Below are positions 28,366-37,799 of a DNA stretch of 64,000 bases, in pieces. Location: NCBI GenBank assembly GCA_002307135.1, contig DBTQ01000001.1, forward strand, positions 40,769-104,768. The letters are read 5' to 3'. The stretch comes from Bacteroidetes bacterium UBA1312 (lineage in GTDB: Bacteria; Bacteroidota; Bacteroidia; Chitinophagales; Chitinophagaceae). The position numbers and the translations under genes were made by a program. The stretch's first letter is position 1. Every line of letters starts with the position of its first letter. The notes beneath the pieces were generated by a model that worked only from the letters and a program-made list of their open reading frames with translations, searched no databases and had not been told where the DNA came from.

Positions 28366-29766
28366 TTATTTCTTGTTCATAGATGCTACCCAAGGTGCTA
28401 ATTCTGGGCATGATTGGTATTCTTTGTCTATTTTTATATAATAGCTAGGGAGTTTTTCGGCTAACCAATTGTTTAGGCGTTCATTTTGTTTTTGCTTCAA
28501 TGCTACATCTTGAATATTTCCATAGTCATCGTGCAAATTTGCTTTATGAGGTTGTGTCCTTGATTTTAAATAAACAATACGGCAGGATTTATCTCCTGTT
28601 TGCGGATCAGCATAAATTTGTGGTTGTGAGTAGCCGCCTTGTTGTAAGCTATCTAATACCAATACCATTGAAGGGTCTAATTCTTGAATTTGTCGTTGTG
28701 TACTGCCCGTGCGAGGATTGCCTAACATTCCTCCCATCATTTTGCTGCTCTCATCTGTAGAATATTTGCCAACGGCAATTGGGAACGTTATTTTGCTGCT
28801 CAGGAGTTCTGCTCGTATGCTGTCTAACTTTACTAATGCCGATTTGAAATCAGCTGAACTACGTTCTGGTCGGATCAATATATGCCTAAGGTGTGCTTGT
28901 TCACCTTTTCGACCAACCATTTGTATAATATGATAACCAAATTTAGTTTTAACTATTTGAGAAATTTCACCGTTTTGTAATTTGAATGCGGCAGCTGAAA
29001 ATTCAGGAACCATGTCTCCTCGGCTTACCATCCCAAGGTCACCGCCATTATCTCTACTGCCGGGATCTGTACTATAAAGACCTGCTAAAGCTTCAAAACT
29101 TTTATTTTCAACAGTTATTTGTTTGCGTATATCCTCAAGCTTGGTTCTGGCATAATTATCCAGCTCTGGGCTTATTGGGGGATCCAGAACAATTTGCCCC
29201 ACCTCTACACTAGCCGGTAAATACGGAAGACTATCAACAGGAATCTTGTCGAAGTACTTTTTGACTTCCGAAGGTGTGATTTTTACTGCATTCAATATTT
29301 GGTTTTTCATTTTGTCTGCAACCAATTGTTCCTTGATCGCATCTCTGTTTTCATTTTTCATTTGAAAAACAGTCTTGCCCATTTGTTGTTCTAGACGTTC
29401 TTGAGACCCCGCCATTTGTATATATTGGCGCAAACGATTTTCCATATTGGCATCAACTTCTTCGTCCGATACAATTAAACTGTCTCGTTCCGCTTGTTCT
29501 GCTAATATTTTTTGGAAAATCATTTCTTGTAATAAGGCACACTTAAAGGAATCCGTTATATCAGGATTCTCTGCTTTATAATGCGCCATGTTGATTTCCA
29601 ACTCTGATTGCAGGATGATTTTGCCTTTACCTACTTTGACAATGATTTTGTCGGCACTTTGGTCTTCTTGTGCGAACGTAGATAAGGAAGCACATATTGT
29701 TAGAGTACAAAGAATAATTGTTTTTATATGGCGAACAATTAAAAATGATTTTGTTTGATATGGCAT
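28366..29766 (-). CDS. Peptidylprolyl isomerase, SurA-like (parvulin/PpiC domain)
   Basis: N-terminal signal sequence, SurA_N-like region, and a rotamase domain (GGDLGMVSRGDMVPEFSAAAFKL...GYHIIQMV). Confidence 0.8.
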   Translation of the reverse strand: MPYQTKSFLIVRHIKTIILCTLTICASLSTFAQEDQSADKIIVKVGKGKIILQSELEINMAHYKAENPDITDSFKCALLQEMIFQKILAEQAERDSLIVSDEEVDANMENRLRQYIQMAGSQERLEQQMGKTVFQMKNENRDAIKEQLVADKMKNQILNAVKITPSEVKKYFDKIPVDSLPYLPASVEVGQIVLDPPISPELDNYARTKLEDIRKQITVENKSFEALAGLYSTDPGSRDNGGDLGMVSRGDMVPEFSAAAFKLQNGEISQIVKTKFGYHIIQMVGRKGEQAHLRHILIRPERSSADFKSALVKLDSIRAELLSSKITFPIAVGKYSTDESSKMMGGMLGNPRTGSTQRQIQELDPSMVLVLDSLQQGGYSQPQIYADPQTGDKSCRIVYLKSRTQPHKANLHDDYGNIQDVALKQKQNERLNNWLAEKLPSYYIKIDKEYQSCPELAPWVASMNKK

Positions 29767-29847
29767 GATGCTATAAAATATTTCAAGAAGGGCAAAAGTA
29801 GTGTATTACGCTTTTATTGGCGGTAGCTAAGTTATTTATTTCAAGTT

Positions 29848-30945
29848 TTAACGTTTTGTGTCTTTTTCAGTTTTGGTATTGAACATGTTTTTATGAAATA
29901 GCTGCTTATTATAATTTTCTTCTTTAGCAATTTGTAGTGGTTTCGCTATTCTGTATTTGTCCATGGATAATAGATCTTCATTAAATGTGTTTACCCATGT
30001 ATTGTATTGTTGTGCGTTTTCGGCTTTACCAAAAAGCCATTGGTTGTATGCGTCAAACTGGCCAAGTTGCATCATATTTTCTTGATAATTGAAAAGAGCG
30101 AATGGGTAATGGGAAGCATAATTATTCTTCCAGTTAATAATGAATCTGCTGCGCAACATCGTCAAATTTTCAGTAGTGATACCATCAGATACAACAAAAA
30201 AGAGGCTTAAGAAGGTTTGTTTTACAGCATCTTCAAATGTCTGTGGCGCTCTTTTATCTGTAAAGTCACCTGTCACATTTTTTGAAGGCGTGAAAAATAA
30301 TTTTTTATAAGCATCGAGCAATAAAGTTCTTACTTCATTACTACGTTGAGTGTTAGGTTCTTTGTTTATGAAAATTTCACCATATATAATTGGCCAAATT
30401 ACATCGTCCGTATTCATATAGGCGATTGTAGCTTCATAATAATTGAGGTGGTAATTATTATCGTTGGCAATGCCGTCTAGCCAAGTTTTTAGCGCTTTTT
30501 CATTGTCCTTTTGCTGTTCATATAGTATGCCTAATTCATGGTATAATCCCCCGGACTTAGGAAAGACGGAAAGCCCTTGTTGCAATACCTTCTTTGCATC
30601 TTTTTCTTTCTTATCTCCTAGATATGCCATTGCTGATATTCGGTAACATTCGGCATCCGCAGAATTGTTTCCAAAAATTGGTGCCAATACTTTGTTGGCA
30701 TTATCGTTTTCTCCGGCCAACTGATATGATTTTGCAAGAGCGCGTTTTACTAAAAAATTATCTGGAGCAGCTTGCAATGTTTTCTGAAAAATAGCGATCG
30801 CTTCCTGAGCATTGCCTCGACCTAAATTGCTCATTCCCTGTGTGTACATTTGTTCCACCTCTGGTGATGGCCATTCTTGTGCATGGACATTACTGAATCC
30901 AATGCTTATAAGCATTGTTATTAAAAACTTTTGAAAACGCATCAT
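29848..30945 (-). CDS. Secreted TPR-like repeat protein (hypothetical)
   Basis: Signal peptide (ISIGFSNVHAQ). Helical repeat content resembles TPR (AIAIFQKTLQAAPDN..., ALKTWLDGIANDNNYH). Confidence 0.45.
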   Translation of the reverse strand: MMRFQKFLITMLISIGFSNVHAQEWPSPEVEQMYTQGMSNLGRGNAQEAIAIFQKTLQAAPDNFLVKRALAKSYQLAGENDNANKVLAPIFGNNSADAECYRISAMAYLGDKKEKDAKKVLQQGLSVFPKSGGLYHELGILYEQQKDNEKALKTWLDGIANDNNYHLNYYEATIAYMNTDDVIWPIIYGEIFINKEPNTQRSNEVRTLLLDAYKKLFFTPSKNVTGDFTDKRAPQTFEDAVKQTFLSLFFVVSDGITTENLTMLRSRFIINWKNNYASHYPFALFNYQENMMQLGQFDAYNQWLFGKAENAQQYNTWVNTFNEDLLSMDKYRIAKPLQIAKEENYNKQLFHKNMFNTKTEKDTKR

Positions 30946-31048
30946 TTATTTAGTTCATCTTTTTTCTGGCAGATGCGCAAAAATAGCTCTTTGCAACAAA
31001 AGAATATTATAAAAAATAGTCTTGGTTTTTTATTGACCGACTAGACAA

Positions 31049-32989
31049 TTAAGCTTCATTGTCTTTAGCCTTTTTCTGAATCATTTCAAGCAATTGTAAT
31101 CCCATTAGCCCATTAAGGCTGCCTTCTGTCCCGTTGCCACCATTTACAATAAGGTCAGGTATGATTTTAATATTGCCTTTGCCAATCTCTTCTGTTATTT
31201 TGTATTTAGTGAAATTGTCTCCACCCATTGCTTTGACCTGCAATTCGTATGCTTCTGCAGTTGATTTACCTATTGCCATTATTTTTTCAGCTTCAGCTAT
31301 ACCTGTTTTGCTAATTTTCTCTGCTTCTGCACTGGCGTTCAGTTTTGTAGCTTCTGCCTGCGCTGCAGCTCGTGCTTTAGTAGCCTCAGCTTCAGCATTT
31401 GCACGCATTTTGGTGGCTTCAGCTTCAGCATTTACATTTAGTTTTAGACTTGTGGCATCTCCTTCTGCTTTTTTTACTGTTGCATCTGCGGTGCGTTGTG
31501 CTATTTCGACACTTTGGGATGCTTTTACAATTTCTTTTTGCATGTCGGCAATTGCAGTTTCTTTCTCCATTCCCTGGCGTTGCTCTTGTGCCATTTTTTG
31601 AGTCTGATATGTTTTTTGCTCTTCTTCTGCAATCTTTCTATCCGTTAATGTTTTCATTAAGGAATCTGGTGGTACAATATCGCCGATTAATGTATCTACG
31701 GCATTTACATTGTATTCATCCAATACAATTTTTATGTGATTTTTAGCTGATTCCTGACGTTCTTTTCTAGTACTTAAGAAGGATATGACATCGCTGTCCT
31801 GTGCAGAGTTTCTGAAGTAGTTGCCAATAGTTGGTTCTAAAACTTGTGAAACAAGATTGCTCATGCTGCCAAAACGAGCGATTACTTTTGGTGCTTCATT
31901 GGCTGGCACATGTATAATTTGTGCCACATCCAAATTGAAAGGGAAGCCGTCTTTACTCCGTACCGTAATGGTGGAAAGATTTTTGTCGAGATTATGAGAC
32001 TCGCTTCGAGCGTTCGCCCAATTGAGTACAAGATTGGTGGTTGGTACGGGTTCGAGTTTTGTGGTGTATTTATTGAGTGCATATTTGCCTGGCCCAAATG
32101 GTTCCATCCACACGCCTCTTTGTCCTTTAGATACTATATTGCCATGTTTAAAGCTATCTCCGGTCACATCTTTCCCATCTTCACCAATATATGAAATAAC
32201 AACACCGACATAGCCAATTGGTACATCAGTCATTGGAGTTTCTTCTATTTGTACAGCCCATGCGTTGATATAATAAGACCCTGCAAGCATTACCTGTGGC
32301 TGTAAACCGCGGTTACCGCCATTTTTTAAAAACTGGTCGAAGTCTTGGAAGTTGTTGTGGTTATCAACAAATTTACCAGCTATTTGCCCTATTGGAATAG
32401 GTTCTCCATCCATCGCAGTCACAATACCGACCATATTTTCATGAATCACAATTTGATCAGTCATAACGACTTCAAAAAGGTAAGTATTAATACGATAAGA
32501 ACCTGTAGTGATAAATGCTGATTGCCTGCCTTTCTGTCCGCCATTATCAAGGAACATAGTTGCATCTTGAAAATTATCTGAAGCTACTTTTTGAGCAAGA
32601 ATTCTTCCAGTTGGGATTTCTGCGCCATCTTTGCTAAGGACTAATCCAATTTTACCTTCGGGGATAATTGTAAATGCTGCCATGTCAATAGAATATTGCC
32701 AGGGCCACATCATCCAATAAAGGCCAGGGGCGAGTGTCTTCGCTTGAAATCCGGCTTCTCCTTTTGTTGCTATAATTCTGCCATCCGGCAATGATTTTTC
32801 AGACCCGAACAAAACAAACTTTTTGGTGACAAGCCCAATCCTGTTTTCAGGAACGATAACCATACCAAATAAAACACGAAGAATAAATTTAGAAAAAATA
32901 AGAGGTAGTACTATGGCAAGTATCCACCAATAGTTCGAAAGAAAATTTGACATGATAAATATGAGTTTTAAATTGCTAAAAAGCAACAC
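31049..32989 (-). CDS. Flotillin family protein (SPFH/band 7 domain, YqiK-like)
   Basis: N-terminal TM anchor, a long SPFH domain, and a C-terminal Ala/Glu-rich coiled coil with tandem AEAEATK repeats, as in flotillins. Confidence 0.85.
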   Translation of the reverse strand: MLLFSNLKLIFIMSNFLSNYWWILAIVLPLIFSKFILRVLFGMVIVPENRIGLVTKKFVLFGSEKSLPDGRIIATKGEAGFQAKTLAPGLYWMMWPWQYSIDMAAFTIIPEGKIGLVLSKDGAEIPTGRILAQKVASDNFQDATMFLDNGGQKGRQSAFITTGSYRINTYLFEVVMTDQIVIHENMVGIVTAMDGEPIPIGQIAGKFVDNHNNFQDFDQFLKNGGNRGLQPQVMLAGSYYINAWAVQIEETPMTDVPIGYVGVVISYIGEDGKDVTGDSFKHGNIVSKGQRGVWMEPFGPGKYALNKYTTKLEPVPTTNLVLNWANARSESHNLDKNLSTITVRSKDGFPFNLDVAQIIHVPANEAPKVIARFGSMSNLVSQVLEPTIGNYFRNSAQDSDVISFLSTRKERQESAKNHIKIVLDEYNVNAVDTLIGDIVPPDSLMKTLTDRKIAEEEQKTYQTQKMAQEQRQGMEKETAIADMQKEIVKASQSVEIAQRTADATVKKAEGDATSLKLNVNAEAEATKMRANAEAEATKARAAAQAEATKLNASAEAEKISKTGIAEAEKIMAIGKSTAEAYELQVKAMGGDNFTKYKITEEIGKGNIKIIPDLIVNGGNGTEGSLNGLMGLQLLEMIQKKAKDNEA

Positions 32990-33132
32990 AAATGTACAGG
33001 CTCGTTTGGCTATATTCCAAAAAATACTATGAATGTGAATCTAAAACAAAGCTCATTTCGTTTATTAAATAAAGACAATAAAAAATATCTTTCCCAAAAC
33101 TTTCGACTAATTTCGTCCTTCATTTTATATCA

Positions 33133-34155
33133 ATGAATTTAAACTCTGAAAAAGCTGTTATCCTCATGAATTTGGGTTCGCCAGATTCTCCTTCTGTAAA
33201 AGACGTTCGTAAATACCTTAGCGAATTTTTGATGGATGACAAAGTTATTGACAAAGGTTCTTATTTATTTCGTTTGTTATTGGTGCGTGGTATTATTGTT
33301 CCATTTCGCGCTCCTAAGTCCGCGCACGCATATAAAACAATTTGGACTGATGAAGGCGCTCCTCTTATTGTTATTAGTAAGCAATTACAAGCAGCTGTAC
33401 AGGCTCATAGTGATTATCCGATAGAGTTGGCTATGCGTTATGGTAGCCCATCTCCAAAGCAAGCTTATGATAGTTTAAAAGCTAAAATGCCTAACCTTAA
33501 AGAAGTAATTTTAGTGCCATTATATCCTCATTATGCACAAAGTAGCTATGAAACAGGAGTTGAATATGCTCAAGATATTCATAAAAAAGGAGGCTATGAT
33601 TTTACAATTAGTGTTATCGCTCCCTATTTCGATAATGTGGATTATATCCATGCAATGAGTGAGAATATAAGACCGTATTTACAACGAGATTATGATCATA
33701 TTTTGTTTAGTTTTCATGGAATTCCTGAAAGGCATTTGACAAAATGTGATCCTACCGGCAATCATTGTTTGCAATCGGGTAATTGTTGTGAGGTCGCAAG
33801 TGAAGCACATGCCACTTGTTATAGACATCAATGTCTGACTACGATGAAACTTGTATGTGAACAATTGCAAGTGTCGGAGGATAAATATAGTTATGCATTT
33901 CAAAGCCGTTTAGGAAGAGAGCCATGGCTCAAACCATATACGGATTTTAGATTAGCAGATATGCCTAAAGAAGGGATTGAAAAATTATTGATTCTTTGCC
34001 CTGCGTTTGTGAGCGATTGCTTGGAAACACTGGAGGAAATAGAGATACGTGGTAAGGAAATTTTTATGGAGGCGGGTGGAACATCTTATGAAATGATACC
34101 TTGTATGAATGTTCATCCAGAATGGGTAAAAGCACTTGCAAAATGGGTAAACTAA
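33133..34155 (+). CDS. hemH: Ferrochelatase
   Basis: AVILMNLGSPDSP N-terminus, the HG.P ferrochelatase motifs (HGIPERH) and a size of 340 aa fit. A C-terminal Cys cluster is typical of the [2Fe-2S]-containing forms. Confidence 0.9.
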   Translation: MNLNSEKAVILMNLGSPDSPSVKDVRKYLSEFLMDDKVIDKGSYLFRLLLVRGIIVPFRAPKSAHAYKTIWTDEGAPLIVISKQLQAAVQAHSDYPIELAMRYGSPSPKQAYDSLKAKMPNLKEVILVPLYPHYAQSSYETGVEYAQDIHKKGGYDFTISVIAPYFDNVDYIHAMSENIRPYLQRDYDHILFSFHGIPERHLTKCDPTGNHCLQSGNCCEVASEAHATCYRHQCLTTMKLVCEQLQVSEDKYSYAFQSRLGREPWLKPYTDFRLADMPKEGIEKLLILCPAFVSDCLETLEEIEIRGKEIFMEAGGTSYEMIPCMNVHPEWVKALAKWVN

Positions 34156-34187
34156 ATTTAAAGAACTAAAGACATCATCATCTGAAA

Positions 34188-34736
34188 ATGGCTTATCAAT
34201 ATTTAAAAGCGTTGCATATTATCTTTGTCGTAACATGGTTTGCGGGAATGTTCTATATGCCACGATTTTTTATTTACAACACTGAAGTTGTTGACCGAAA
34301 GCCTGAAATTCGTGATGCCTTGCGTGAACAGTTTACATTGATGATGAAACGTCTTTGGTATGGGATTACTTGGCCCTCGGCTATACTCACGCTCATTTTT
34401 GGTCCATGGGTATTGATACAATCAGGTTGGTGGTCTTCTCTTTTTGATCCATCGTTTCGTTGGTTATTGCTCAAACTAATTTTTGTATTAGGTCTTTATG
34501 GGTATCATTTTTCACTGCATTATATTTTCAAACAGCAATGCAAGGGGATTTATAAATACAGCTCGCAGCAATTGAGGGTTTGGAATGAACTGGCCACAAT
34601 TTTTTTGATAGCAATAGTAATGCTCGTGGTAGTGAAGCAGGAGATGAGCTTAGTGTGGGGCTTGGTTGGGCTAGTTGTTTTTATATTATTGTTGATGAGC
34701 GCAATTCGTTTGTATAAATACTATAGAAAGAAATAA
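34188..34736 (+). CDS. hemJ: Protoporphyrinogen IX oxidase HemJ (UPF0093/CopD-like membrane protein)
   Basis: KALHIIFVVTWFAGMFYMPRFFIY is the HemJ signature helix. The protein has 4-5 TM helices and sits immediately downstream of hemH. Confidence 0.8.
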   Translation: MAYQYLKALHIIFVVTWFAGMFYMPRFFIYNTEVVDRKPEIRDALREQFTLMMKRLWYGITWPSAILTLIFGPWVLIQSGWWSSLFDPSFRWLLLKLIFVLGLYGYHFSLHYIFKQQCKGIYKYSSQQLRVWNELATIFLIAIVMLVVVKQEMSLVWGLVGLVVFILLLMSAIRLYKYYRKK

Positions 34737-34782
34737 CTATAGAAGCCAGAGAATAATATTATTGATTAAGGGATTATTAAAA

Positions 34783-34815
34783 AACGACAGCAAAATATTT
34801 TGCTGTCGTTTTTTA
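34783..34815 (+). terminator. Rho-independent terminator downstream of hemJ
   Basis: AACGACAGCAAAATATTTTGCTGTCGTT hairpin followed by TTTTAATAATTTTTT. Confidence 0.7.
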
Positions 34816-34886
34816 ATAATTTTTTGAAATTGATTTTAAGTATTATAAGATACAAAGGAATTTTCTCTTGTTGTATTTTACAATGC

Positions 34887-35135
34887 TTAGTACAATTGGC
34901 AAGTCTCAACAGTTGTTATACTGCCGTTCGTATAAGTAGCTGATTTGCCTTCACAAGCACTTTTTGCTCCTTTTTTTGTATCTTTTATCGGATACTCATT
35001 TACTGTACTGTCAGGCATCCCAACCGCGCCCGTATAACGAATTGTACATTGACAAGTATAATCCTTCGTACATGATGTAGTCGATACAACTGTAATGATT
35101 GCGGCAGATAAGAGTAGGGTGTTCAATAATTTCAT
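34887..35135 (-). CDS. Small cysteine-rich lipoprotein (hypothetical)
   Basis: MKLLNTLLLSAAIITVVSTTSC gives a signal peptide plus lipobox. The mature region is ~60 aa with 5 further Cys. The ORF track starts 16 codons earlier. Confidence 0.4.
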   Translation of the reverse strand: MKLLNTLLLSAAIITVVSTTSCTKDYTCQCTIRYTGAVGMPDSTVNEYPIKDTKKGAKSACEGKSATYTNGSITTVETCQLY

Positions 35136-35201
35136 GAGTGGATATTTGACGTTTAAAGGTAAGTAGAAAATTGAAAATGTCAATAAGCGAGCTGAAAATA
35201 A

Positions 35202-36209
35202 TTATTCAACCCGCTGCTTCCTACGTAATTCTTTAACCTCCTCTTCATCTTGCTCTTCCTTTGCTTGGGCCTTATCGTACGCACGGATAATTTGTTTTAC
35301 CAATTTATGGCGCACTACATCAGACTCGTCTAATTTGATAAATCCTATTCCGTCAATCCCACTTAATATTCGTTCTGCTTTCTCCAATCCAGACTTCATA
35401 TTTTTGGGTAAATCAATCTGCGTTTTATCGCCAGTGATAATGGCTTTTGCATTAGATCCGATACGAGTCAAAAACATTTTTAGTTGAAGATCTGTTGAGT
35501 TTTGAGCTTCGTCCAAAATGATAAATGCATTGTCTAAAGTTCGACCCCTCATGTAAGCTAATGGCGCAATTTCGATTACTCTATTAGTCATATAATAAGT
35601 CAGTTTGTCGACAGGTATCATGTCGTCTAACGCATCATACAAAGGACGTAAATAAGGGTCGATTTTTTCCTTCAGGTCTCCAGGTAAAAAACCTAGATTT
35701 TCTCCTGCTTCCACAGCTGGCCTTGTAAGTATTATTTTTCGAACGGCTTTGTTTTTTAACGCTCTTACAGCAAGTGCAACTGCAGTATATGTTTTACCCG
35801 TTCCTGCTGGACCTATAGCAAAGGTGATATCATTCTTATCAGAAATGCTGGTCATTAGCTTCTGATTTGCAGTTTTTGCCCTGATTACTTTGCCATTTGG
35901 ACCAAAAACCAATACGTCGCCGGAAGATTGCTCCTCTGCAGATAATGAACCGAGTTCTTCGTCACCCAAAATCCGTGCAAAATAATTTTCGGAAATATGG
36001 CCGTTACGTTCCAAATATTTGATCACCTGATTGATTTTTATCGACGCATTATCCACGTCTTCGGATTGTCCAGAAATCTTTAATTGAGCTCCTCTCGATA
36101 GTATTTTTAAAGATGGGAATCTTTTTTTAAGGATGTCAAATTTGCTATTATTTACACCAACAAATTCAATTGGGTTTACTGTTTCGAGATTAATGATTAT
36201 TTCAGTCAA
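35202..36209 (-). CDS. phoH: PhoH family ATPase
   Basis: GPAGTGKTYTAVALAV (Walker A), ILDEAQN (Walker B) and the PhoH C-terminal KH-like region are present. The N-terminal extension is like PhoH/YbeZ. Confidence 0.9.
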   Translation of the reverse strand: MTEIIINLETVNPIEFVGVNNSKFDILKKRFPSLKILSRGAQLKISGQSEDVDNASIKINQVIKYLERNGHISENYFARILGDEELGSLSAEEQSSGDVLVFGPNGKVIRAKTANQKLMTSISDKNDITFAIGPAGTGKTYTAVALAVRALKNKAVRKIILTRPAVEAGENLGFLPGDLKEKIDPYLRPLYDALDDMIPVDKLTYYMTNRVIEIAPLAYMRGRTLDNAFIILDEAQNSTDLQLKMFLTRIGSNAKAIITGDKTQIDLPKNMKSGLEKAERILSGIDGIGFIKLDESDVVRHKLVKQIIRAYDKAQAKEEQDEEEVKELRRKQRVE

Positions 36210-36292
36210 TGTCGTTTTTTTTTAAGGTTTGTAGTACAAATACTAAGTAATTTGAGCCATGAAATATTTATATCAAGACTCAAATCCGAAGG

Positions 36293-36748
36293 CTATATTT
36301 TATAACCTGCACTTTTGAATTCCTCTAGTTTAGCAGCAATTATTTTATCTGACAATGCAAATATCCTTGCTGCCAATACTGCAGCATTTTTAGCGCCAGC
36401 TTTACCCACGGCAAGTGTACCTACAGGCAATCCGGCAGGCATTTGTACTATGCTGTATAATGCGTCAATACCTCCGGGGAGTCCACCGTCAAGCGGTACA
36501 CCTAATACAGGTAATGAAGTGTATGCAGCACACACGCCAGGTAACGCAGCGGCCATGCCGGCGGCGGCAATTACTACGCCATAGCCATTTGCCTGCGCAT
36601 TTACCATCAATTCACGTACACGGTCGGGCTGCCTGTGTGCAGAAGCTACCTCCATTGTATTTTCTATGCCAAACCAGTTGAGCCAGTTTTTGCATTCATT
36701 CATTACATGCTCATCGCTCTGAGAGCCCATTATAATCAATGCTTTCAT
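36293..36748 (-). CDS. purE: 5-(carboxyamino)imidazole ribonucleotide mutase
   Basis: ALIIMGSQSD...AAGMAAALPGV...PVLGVP are PurE class I signatures. 151 aa. Confidence 0.9.
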   Translation of the reverse strand: MKALIIMGSQSDEHVMNECKNWLNWFGIENTMEVASAHRQPDRVRELMVNAQANGYGVVIAAAGMAAALPGVCAAYTSLPVLGVPLDGGLPGGIDALYSIVQMPAGLPVGTLAVGKAGAKNAAVLAARIFALSDKIIAAKLEEFKSAGYKI

Positions 36749-36879
36749 CAGTTTTTCTAAAATTTAGTTAGTTGAAGATGTTTTTTGTTACTTCTAATTG
36801 CGAAAATAGGGAGTGTTTTTTATAAAACAACTTCTATATAAATACTATAGTTTTGTAGAAGAACCTCATTGCAAATAAA

Positions 36880-37704
36880 ATGAATTTTAAAGATAAAGTA
36901 GTCATAATAACAGGTGCATCTTCAGGAATAGGTAAAGCGTTGGCCACAATTTTGTTGTCACAAGGAGCTAATGTGGCGTTGTGCGCCAGAAATGAACAGA
37001 AATTGCAAGAGGAATTTGCAGAAATTGATAACAATAAATTATTACTTTTTCGGGCAGATGTAAGTATTGAAACAGATTGCAAAGCCTTCGTTGCTGCCGT
37101 AGTCAACAAATGGTCTGTAATTGATGCGCTCGTCAATAATGCGGGAATTAGCATGCGCGCATTGTTTGAAGACGCAGATTTGAATGTGCTTAGGTCTTTA
37201 ATGGATATTAATTTTTGGGGTACTGTTTATATGACCAAATATAGTTTGCCTTACATACTTAAAAATAAGGGTATTGTGGTGGGAGTGTCTTCTATAGCAG
37301 GTTATAGGGGGCTGCCAGCGCGTACTGGTTATTCATCATCCAAATTTGCTATGCAGGGTTTTATGGAATCTTTGCGTACTGAAATGCTTCATACGGGAGT
37401 ACATGTAATGTGGGTTTGCCCTGGTTTTACAGCATCGAATATTCGCAACACCGCATTGAGTGCAAATGGATCTGCTCAGAAAGAAACACCACTCGAGGAA
37501 CAAAAATTAATGAGTTCGGAGGAATGTGCTCATATTATAGCAACGGCGATGGAAAAGAGGAAACGAACCGTTGTGATGACTACGCAAGGAAAATTAGCTG
37601 TATTGCTTAATAAGTTGATCCCCAGCTTTGTAGATAAGCAAGTTTATAAGGTTTTCTTGAAAGAACCTGATTCGCCATTGTTAAAGTACGAAAATAAGAA
37701 ATGA
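36880..37704 (+). CDS. SDR family oxidoreductase
   Basis: ITGASSGIGKA (TGxxxGxG), NNAG, catalytic S-Y-K (SSIAGYRGLPARTGYSSSK). Confidence 0.85.
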   Translation: MNFKDKVVIITGASSGIGKALATILLSQGANVALCARNEQKLQEEFAEIDNNKLLLFRADVSIETDCKAFVAAVVNKWSVIDALVNNAGISMRALFEDADLNVLRSLMDINFWGTVYMTKYSLPYILKNKGIVVGVSSIAGYRGLPARTGYSSSKFAMQGFMESLRTEMLHTGVHVMWVCPGFTASNIRNTALSANGSAQKETPLEEQKLMSSEECAHIIATAMEKRKRTVVMTTQGKLAVLLNKLIPSFVDKQVYKVFLKEPDSPLLKYENKK

Positions 37705-37799
37705 TGTTTGCATTTTGACCCAACCATTTATAGATTTTTACCGTCTAAGAGTTTGTAGGCACTCCGTTAAGACACCCTAAAAGAATACACAGATTCGCT

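Noticed and set aside
31134-32213. Plus-strand ORFs inside the flotillin gene (31134..31601, 31399..31746, 31910..32194, 32022..32213)
   Set aside because: Antisense to a well-supported SPFH/flotillin CDS. The Ala/Ser/Leu-rich translations come from the GC-rich repeat on the opposite strand.
36315-36681. Plus-strand ORFs 36315..36584 and 36415..36681 overlapping purE
   Set aside because: They are antisense to purE, a highly conserved gene. The Ala/Pro-rich translation is the reverse-frame signature of the Gly/Ala-rich PurE sequence.
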